A DNA stretch of 34,997 nucleotides from NCBI GenBank assembly GCA_013115125.1, contig JABANN010000364.1:1-34997 (forward strand), read 5' to 3'. This stretch comes from Perkinsus olseni. Its lineage: Eukaryota. The position numbers were made by a program, and so were the translations under genes. The notes under the pieces were generated by a model. It did not search any database. It had not been told where the DNA came from and saw only the letters and a program-made list of their open reading frames with translations. Shown here one piece after another: positions 23,905 through 34,997 of the stretch (its first letter is position 1; every line of letters begins with the position of its first letter).

Positions 23905-25620
23905 ATGACTGTTGGTAAGCTGTTCTATATCTGGCTACCCACCTTGTGTTGTGCACTGGCACTGAAAACCGCTGACAACCGCAAGAGGCCTAACAGTGAC
24001 GATTATGACGGCCCTTCTAAGCGGCGAGCTTACGACCTGACTGATGGAGTGCTCGGAACGTCTGCCAAGGTAGCGTATCGATCAGAATCTACTGCAGCAT
24101 CATCGCGAAGAGGGGAAGCGTAACTTAGCCGCCTTAATTTCAGGGGCATTACGTCGCTAGCGGAATAAACGACCAAGAATGCGTTATAACTGGACCGAAC
24201 TTCAAGTGGCATTTCCGCACCGGGGATGCTTTTGTGCACACCATCACCCTGGAGTGCATCGATGATGAGCATTATCATAACCATTTTGCATTGTAATTGG
24301 GCTGGAGTCACCACCTTTTCGTATTGAATGCAGTCTGCGGGATACTCTTTTTCAGCAACGGCCATCACATTTTTGAAGGAGGGTTTGCCACGCGTTCGCT
24401 CTCTGGCCGGACGCTAGGCCGAGCGGACCCATTATCTCATGCTGACCTCGCTGGCATGATACCGCTGTATGATGATGGCTGTTGGGGGGCCGTCGAGAAG
24501 GTTAACGATTATACCAGCGTCTCGACGTACGTCGAGTTGGATGAAGATAACGTTGCCGACTTCTTCGTCCGACTGTGTTCGAAGTACCGTCAAGCAATAT
24601 TTCGTGTATAAAGTCGAATGCAAACTGCGTTCGCACTCAAAAGCCTGCCGGCTGCATATCCTTCACCATGCCCTTGCTGTTGACACTGGTGTTATCAAAG
24701 TTGTGCTCTCCTCATGATCGTTGAGTTGTTACTACTCTCACGCGCTCCTCGGATCGAGTCTCCACTCCTGCGATGCACGTACCCCATGGCTGAAATCTTA
24801 GAGTATGCCGAAAGCGGGAAAGGAAAATGGGAGTCCGATCTTTTTTTCAAGGCAGCGTCAGCCTACTATTCAGTTCGCCTGAAGGCTGGGGCTCTCATGA
24901 TGCGCGTCAGTGTATAGGACTGCGCTGCTGAATTTTTCCGATTGATGGAATTCCTCCGTGCTCAACCCTTCGTCCGATGCCTGCCATAAGGATTTCTAGC
25001 ACATCGGTCAGTCACACTGCCAACTTCGCCGCGCTGATGTCGGATATCTAGTGGATACCAATGCATCCAGTGATGATACCGGTACAGTGGGAACGTGTCG
25101 ATTTGGTAGAAACAAAAAACTCGAATTCGAGAATCCAATGGCCCAATGTCGATCAAGCAAGAAGAGTAGCACAAGCCGGAACAACTCCTGCCGTACAGCG
25201 ATGGGCCCCTGCGGTCTCCCAAATACAGTTTATCGCCTTCACGTCCCAAACCTCCACACAAGACACTGAAGGGTTGTGCTATCATCTGGACTCAGCGGCT
25301 CGATGAGGCAGATACAGCAATGTCCATATACACCCGCGGCGGGTGACCCGCCGACCAAGCACGACAGGGCGCTATGCTGATATACATCAATGAATCGGAC
25401 GCTGAACCTTCTCTTCAGAGAATAAAGAAAAAATATCGGTGTGTTAGGGCACACTCGCAACAGTTACTGGTCAGAGCGTCACAGCTTGCTTGGAATTAAT
25501 GCGGGCTGCAATGGGCTGACACTCGCGGCTAGCTGAGACCGACAGAGTTATGTGCCAAACACAATATAGGGGACGAGCAAGGTGAGGTAACGACCCCTGC
25601 TCGAAGTGTACCTCCAAGCT
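23905..25620 (+). CDS. Lineage-specific secreted protein family copy S2 (multi-exon; 3' structure uncertain)
   Basis: Signal peptide MTVGKLFYIWLPTLCCALA. Exons GHYVASGINDQECVITGPNFKWHF...LECIDD and DGCWGAVEK...FFVRLCSKYRQ are homologous to S1 and S3. 25275-25330 and 25545-25620 match the S1 3' region in reverse complement. Confidence 0.6.
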
Positions 25621-25961
25621 CACGTGCTCTCCAACTCAAAGCTGGCGGATCAGTAGCGCCCCTACAGGAGGAGCGAGCTACCACCGATTTGGGTGCCCTA
25701 GGGGAGTCGAATGCCTGCTAGGGCTCACAAGGGTTGGATCGTAGTCAAGTTACGGTCTCTAGCTGCACCGCCTGGATCGGCAAGCAAATCAGAAGTTGTG
25801 AGTAGTTTCAATGCTCTCGCAAGGGACTAATTTATATCCGAACTCTAGCGGTCACTGCGACTGCCTCATCCTTCTACCTACTAGACCTTCGCGGATCCCG
25901 CGAGGGCGTCGTTAATCTCTGATCGTCGTTCAGTTGTATCCCCCCGCTTCGCCATCTTTAG

Positions 25962-27045
25962 ATGGGCTTCGGCAAGCTACTCTTCATCTGGCTTCCTACG
26001 ATATTTGTTGCCTCGGCAATGAACGCTGCTAACGATGATGGAACTTCCATCATCGTTAGCAGCGTTGGCCTTCCATCATGGAAGGCGTATTCCGCATAAC
26101 AATGATGCTCCTCACCATAGCCGACAAGACCGGGGAGCACCGAGGAAAGCCACGAACTTGACATCTCAACAAAGGTAGCTTCTTGTTCATCCGGACTTGA
26201 ACTCATGGCGTTGAAAACCGACGATTCGCGATGGGGCGGACGCCGATGGCTGAGGCTACCCATAGGCTTCACCCTTCTGTGGATGCTCTCCGGAGATTTT
26301 CCCTTGTCTCAGGGATCCTTCTACGCTACGAAGCTGGACGGCCGGCATTGCCATATTTCTGGATTGGGCTTCGACTGGCATTTCCATGTTTACTATCACC
26401 TCGTGTACACCGATACTCTCAAATGCATCGATGATAAATCACAGCGACATGATTTTGCATTGTAGTACAAAACAGTGAGGCTTCTGTAATCCACTTCCCA
26501 CTCTTTCGAACCCCAACCTGTTCGGCCTCGTCAGTCGAGTTTCCAGCCCGCCTCTTTTCAGCAACAGTCTCCACGAGCTGGAAGGAGCTACTACCGACAA
26601 CAGAGCTGCGGACAGCGCTATCAATTCCGGTCAAGTGGACTTACTCTCTCAAGCCAGCGTTTACGCGCTGGCTATTGCATCAGCTGATCGTTGTTGGGCC
26701 GCTGCCCAGGAAGTTTTCAAGTTTGTCAGCGGCTCGCTGGACGCAGGATTGACGGATGATAACGTTGGCCACTTCATGTTCCTCCTCTGCGCCAAGTACC
26801 GTCAAGCAATTCTCGGCATGTGAAGAAAACAGAGCATCAGCACCGGCGATGGAGTATCCTTTAGCATGCTATCGCTGAGAGACTCTCCGTATCGCTGTTG
26901 CTGTTATCAGTTGTGGACCATCAGCTGTTGTGTGATTGTCTCTCATGGTTGAGATGACGTTGGCAAGTTCCCCTTGACCGGGTCTTAGCCTGATTCATGT
27001 GAGTACTGTGATTCTCGAGACCTACGGACTAAACACTGAAGCCTG
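25962..27045 (+). pseudogene. Lineage-specific secreted protein family copy S3, frameshifted and 3'-truncated
   Basis: Close inverted paralog of S1. A 40-bp fold-back insertion (26044-26083) shifts the frame to TAA at 26097-26099. Homology to S1 stops at ~27045. Confidence 0.7.
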
Positions 27046-27245
27046 CCTGCGAGGTCCCCTCAGGGGACTCCCCTGTATAAGCGACACAGGCGATGAGAGG
27101 TCGAATGTCGAGACTCCGGTCAGCACGTTCCGTTATTCTCTCTAGAATCCGCTAAGAAGAGTTTATTGAGCGAGGAGGAGTCCTCGCTGCTCTGATCATG
27201 AATCTGGTGTTCATTCGCCGATATTTGTTGAGGGATATTGCAGCT

Positions 27246-27538
27246 GACTTCACAACTTGGAGTGGTCCAGGGGACTTCACAACTTGGAGTGGTCCAGGGG
27301 ACTTCACAACTTGGAGTGGTCCAGGGGACTTCACAACTTGGAGTGNNNNNNNNNNNNNNNNNNNNNNNNNNNNNNNNNNNNNNNNNNNNNNNNNNNNNNN
27401 NNNNNNNNNNNNNNNNNNNNNNNNNNNNNNNNNNNNNNNNNNNTGGTCCAGGGGACTTCACAACTTGGGAGTGGTCCAGGGGACTTCACAACTTGGGAGT
27501 GGTCCAGGGGACTTCACAACTTGGGAGTGGTCCAGGGG
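27246..27538. repeat. Tandem minisatellite GACTTCACAACTTGG(G)AGTGGTCCAGGG: 27-bp units left and 28-bp units right of an assembly gap (N run 27346-27443)
   Basis: Unit starts at 27246, 27273, 27300 and 27327 (period 27), then 27454, 27482 and 27510 (period 28). There are no unique spacers. Confidence 0.95.
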
Positions 27539-28137
27539 AATTCCGATTCTCAGAATCGATTCTGGAGCGCGATTTCACGTGAGAAGAACTTTTGTTAGAA
27601 TTACTTCCCAGAATCGATTATTAGTTTCATATTATTTTGTTGAACACGGGGCCTGTGACGAAGTTCGCGCCTTCCGCCCGCCATTGGAACCTTATGTAGC
27701 ACATCGAAGAGTGATGCAGCATCTCCTCACTAAACGCACATGGCTGAGCATGCTTACGTGAACGCTAGCCACGACTCCCGGAAATTTCGGTTGGAGTGGT
27801 ATGGCTCGGGACAACCCACACCTTGTGAATAACACAACGACTAGGAAATTAATCCATCTCAGAGAATTTCGAACAAGATGTTGGCGACTGCTGGAAGCTG
27901 ACTGACACACAGCGAATGACGTAAAAATATTAAAGCGACAAATGAGGCTTCGAGACTGAAAGCACCCCGACGGACAACGGATAGGACTGAAAGTAGAGCT
28001 AGAGTTGCTAGCAGGGATGAGAATATCTTTTAAATTCGCGCCTGGACAGACCAGATATTTTGAAGAAGAGCGACACGGAGAAGCCGCAGGATTTCCACCA
28101 AGTGACTGTTGAGCAGTGCTCCCAGTTCTTGCTCGAC

Positions 28138-29701
<1,564 letters not shown>

Positions 29702-31411
29702 TTGCGGTTTTTCAACTCAATCCATCGAGCTTCCTGCCTCGCGCTCCTCCTCATATCAGTCGCTGCAGACTTCATCAAGCCACATGCTAGTAGCATGTGC
29801 GGCTGAGTCGTCTTCCCGCACACATCGACTGGATTGATTGTTGTGTCCCAAATAGGAATGACGGGCCCTACGTGACAACAGCAGCAGCCATTGTCGTTTT
29901 CCATTGAGCGCCATGCTACAGCGGAAAACCTGGCGGGCACGCAGGTAAAGTTAGGTCGACTAGTCCTCATATCCTTACTGTGGTCTTGATAGTCCAGCGG
30001 ACACGGACAGGGCCGCAACCAGATCGATTTTGCCCAGGAGGGCCCAGAAAATCGAACACCGTAGGGGGCCCTATTACTATAGGGAGCATACAACGCTCCC
30101 TATCTCAAAGGGCCCCCTCTCGGCCTTGGACGGGGCGGGGCCCCGAAACTCTGTTTCAAATGTTTCACCCTAGTTGCGCCCCTGGACACGGAGGAATCCA
30201 AGGCTCTTGATTTCATAAGTTACCGTGCGGAGTTTTCCTGCACGCATGTACGGGACACAACAAAGCTCTCGGCTCGGACCTCCTCCCGTGTGTGACTGAG
30301 TATTATGTGAGTGCTCTTTCGGTGCGGATTCATCCGAACAGAGGGCTTGACTTCTGGTTATGGTGCTACCTTTCTAGGAGGCTCCCACGAATTGATATTG
30401 GCCAACACTGATAGCAACTCAGCCCTGAAGGGATCTAACTGTATGATAAACGTATCGAACACTGCGAAACCGTCATATCTCCTCCTGACCAGCAACTGCC
30501 ATGCTCAACAACAACGGCAGAGTTCGCCCTCCACCCATTCTGATTCAACACGAGCTTCTTCTCCAGCCTTCCAGCCATTAGGCTGTGGCTCGACAGCTAC
30601 ATCCGACCTCCCGCATATCCAGGCAATCCCTCGCATCTCATTCTTTTCGCGAGTCCGGCCTTGCTAGTGTCTCGGAGCCCTGTCCCAAAGATCCACACTT
30701 CATCGAGCTGCGGCGCAACCTGTGTATCGGGTGCTGAAAATCCATGACGTTGGGATCCCCGGTACAGTCCTTACAAATCACACAGCTGGAAAGTTTTGAG
30801 GGCTATGGAAAATTTTGGACTAGTAATCGGTCGAATTTTCAGCATGGCCATCAGAGAATTTAATACATCAAATGAGACCTGGGCGAGAAGACTATGTATG
30901 AAATAGACCTCGGTGTTACGAGAGTATTCTGGCGTTTCTCGATGGTTGAAAAGAGCCTGATGGGGTTGCGCTGAATGGTGTGGCCGCGGTGTGGACGGGA
31001 ATGGGAATTTGAGTGGTGGATAAAGATATAGCGGATGAGACAACATGACCGTACACCACCAACTGAGCAACAAAATACTTGGGAATGATACATCTTGAAA
31101 GATCGTGGTACTAGCGGCTAGTGGAAGCTCGCCCCCAGACAGCAAAGGACGCGTAAAAAATTGATGACGCTGGTACTACAGCGACAGATAAAGTCACGAA
31201 ACTAGAAGCAGCTTCAACGACAATGGCTTCAACTAAAGATACGATGATATACCCTCTCTAGAGAGGAGAGACTTTCGGGAGTCCTATGTGGCCTCGAGCG
31301 GTTCGAAACTCGCCGTGTGTCTCAGGAGATGAGAGACGGAACAACGCGGCGGCAGGTGGATCAGGAGGGAGACTTGAGACCATTCTTTGGTATCATCCGC
31401 TGGCCCTCGAT

Positions 31412-32947
<1,536 letters not shown>

Positions 32948-33992
32948 GTTGGATATGTGAACTACAACGACAACTTCCTCTGAGAGCTTCCGACTTCAGG
33001 GCCACAATACAGTCCTCGACATGTTCCTCCTCGATCACGGCAGTCCGAGTGAAGGGCCGACGCTAGGCATGCTCAGCCAGCATAGCTGGTCCAGCTAGCG
33101 CGGTATCCACGCCATGAACAACAGTTAGGCACTCTCCATGTTCAGGCTTCATTTTCCCCAGTACACCCTCCATGTAGTGTGACGATCGCACATGACTCGA
33201 GTGGTTATAGTCAGGCCACCTCGCTATTTTCATGCGTGCACACCTTATGACCACTAATGACTACCCACTTTGTACATGAGTGCATGCAACATGACTCAGT
33301 ACAGTGTGGCTATTCGACACGGGCCTCAAAGAGTGGGAAATCGGACTCGAGAAGCATGGAAGAGCGTACGTTCACTAGAGTGGCGAGGAATGCACGCGAA
33401 TGGCGGGACGATCGGACGCGCAAAGAGCAAATGCGCGCAAAGAGCAAATACATTTTGCTATACCCAAATATGGTTAGCAACCTTGGCCGGGCCGGATTTA
33501 TTGGGATTCATGGTACGCAGCAGCAATGGAGGTAGTTGTCGCAATAGTGCATGCTTGTTCTTGCGTGCTACTGGATGCCCCTCCCCATAAGTTGTGGGCC
33601 ACCACATCTGCACGAAAAGGAAAACAACCCTTGAGGGGAGTTGTGCAATATAGTTGGCACTCTGGTGCAAAGTACAGGACGACGCCATTCAGCAGAAGTG
33701 CTTTCGGCCTAGTGTAAGGCCGTCATGGCAACGGTCGGGGATATCACATTGGCGAGTAATGACAGCGGTTTGGCGATAGGGTCAAAAGAGGATCATCCAA
33801 TGGATCGGCGGGCTATGTTAGCTATTGGGAAGGCGGTGAAGGATGCCGTAATACTAGTGCTATGAGTAAGGATGACAAGAAGAGATACGCGGGTAAGAAC
33901 AAGACGATTAGTCGGAAGGAAGCAGCCGCCATAATGGCTGGCGGCGAGAAGTAGCAGCAGCACGGTTCAATTAGTGATTTCAAGTGTTATGA

Positions 33993-34500
33993 TATTGACC
34001 AGTTTCTTCAATAGTGACAATGTGCCGATTTATTGAGTACCAGAGAGGTAGTGAGTGAGCAACCCCGCACAGTGGATAGCGGACCACTTTCCACGCGGCA
34101 CTACTTCTGGGCCAAAGCCACAGCCGTGTGCTCTTGCGATCGATCAGTCCTCTACCGGAATGCCGCGTAGAGATACAATGTTGAATGATTGGGGTGTGCC
34201 GCGCGCCGTAGAGCATCTCAAGCGCCGCATGCAGGAATGCTTCACAACGTGTGTACTGTTACTCCATCTGAGAAATCATCCACTGACTTTGAACTCGACA
34301 AAGGCTGGTGAATCTATTAACAACGTGTAGACAAGTATTCGGTTATGAAACTGAGTTATAGCGGAATTAGTGTCACCACTATACTGAATCAATAGCTTTC
34401 CTCTAGAGACACCATCAACTTCGGCGGCACGCATGCGCATACCACACTGCACGCATATACAAGGCAGAACTTGGCAGTCAGTGCGCATCAATCCTCAATA
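33993..34500 (-). mobile_element. Putative 3' LTR (~508 bp) of a minus-strand LTR retrotransposon
   Basis: On the minus strand it starts directly after the purine-rich tract GGGGCAGAGGGGGCG (34501-34515) with TATTGA. It ends with the inverted hexamer TCAATA (33993-33998), ~30 nt past an AATAAA (~34028-34033). The 5' LTR lies outside the window, so this is unconfirmed. Confidence 0.6.
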
Positions 34501-34997
34501 CGCCCCCTCTGCCCCGACAGTTGAGGGTGGTGTAATATCGGCACAACATTGTGATGATGGTGTTCAGCTTCAGAACCATCGGTAAAGGTAATACGCAGCC
34601 TTCGGCCCTCATCCATGACATCCTTAACGTGACCAAGACGATAACCAGGACTCAGCTTCTTTTCGGGATGATAGATCAATACCGGATCACCGGTCTTAGG
34701 CTTCAACACCTTACCTTTCGGACTCTGATATCCCATAGTCCGTGCGACAGCCATCCTCATGTCGCGGAACATCTCAGTCAAGAAATAACTCCGCACTGCT
34801 ACAATGCGGCGAGAAATAGGCAGAGTAGAAGTACCAGGAGCTAGTACACAGCCTCGTTTACGGGTGAATCCTCGAGCAAGAGAATCAGGAGTGACCACAA
34901 TCAACTCACCATTAGGTTCATCGGAGTGATCATAGTCCAACGGGCGAGTATTCAACAAGAAAGTCACCTCTCGGCAGATGTCCTCGAGGTCAATCTC
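34488..34997 (-). CDS. C-terminal part of an LTR retrotransposon integrase (Bel/Pao-like tail), 5'-partial
   Basis: Intronless ORF open to the window end: EVTFLLNTRPL...VVTPDSL...YF...PKTGDPVLIY...YRLGHVKDV. This matches the integrase end NxRPL/xTP and the downstream GDxVL..(W/Y)xLGxV module, and is followed by a polypurine tract. Confidence 0.8.
   Translation of the reverse strand, partial: EIDLEDICREVTFLLNTRPLDYDHSDEPNGELIVVTPDSLARGFTRKRGCVLAPGTSTLPISRRIVAVRSYFLTEMFRDMRMAVARTMGYQSPKGKVLKPKTGDPVLIYHPEKKLSPGYRLGHVKDVMDEGRRLRITFTDGSEAEHHHHNVVPILHHPQLSGQRGRIED

Noticed and set aside
27246-27538. CRISPR-like array of ~28-bp repeats
   Set aside because: The units are directly adjacent with no unique spacers, there are no cas genes, and the context is eukaryotic.
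33063-33097. Helitron 3' end (hairpin TAGCTGG-t-CCAGCTA plus CTAG on the minus strand)
   Set aside because: The hairpin is short, CTAG is not followed by the expected T, and no 5' end or Rep/helicase remnant is visible.
33257-33960. Short Cys- or Lys-rich ORFs between C3 and the LTR
   Set aside because: There is no consistent exon chain or recognisable motif, so a gene call cannot be supported.

Overview
Eukaryotic, intron-dense genomic DNA with many ~45-60 bp GT-AG introns and very short intergenic gaps. The gene content (an apicomplexan-type H2B.Z histone, a DrpA-like dynamin, an alveolate-type membrane cyclase) and the intron style suggest a myzozoan alveolate, most likely Perkinsus; this is inferred, not verified. 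All gene models below were spliced by hand. Positions 1-14.9 kb hold five co-directional + strand genes: a class III nucleotide cyclase with guanylyl-type specificity residues, a CK1/TTBK-like kinase apparently fused to tandem CCCH zinc fingers, a putative mitochondrial RuvC-fold protein, a dynamin-related protein and an NBS1-like protein. Positions 14.9-33 kb are a dynamic region with three cathepsin L-like paralogs and three copies of a lineage-specific secreted-protein family, two of them broken by distinctive insertions. These surround a minus-strand trio (DEK-C protein, unknown helical protein, histone H2B.Z), and a 27/28-bp minisatellite spans an assembly gap. The window ends in the 3' part of an LTR retrotransposon with a Bel/Pao-like integrase tail, a polypurine tract and a probable LTR with non-canonical TA...TA ends.
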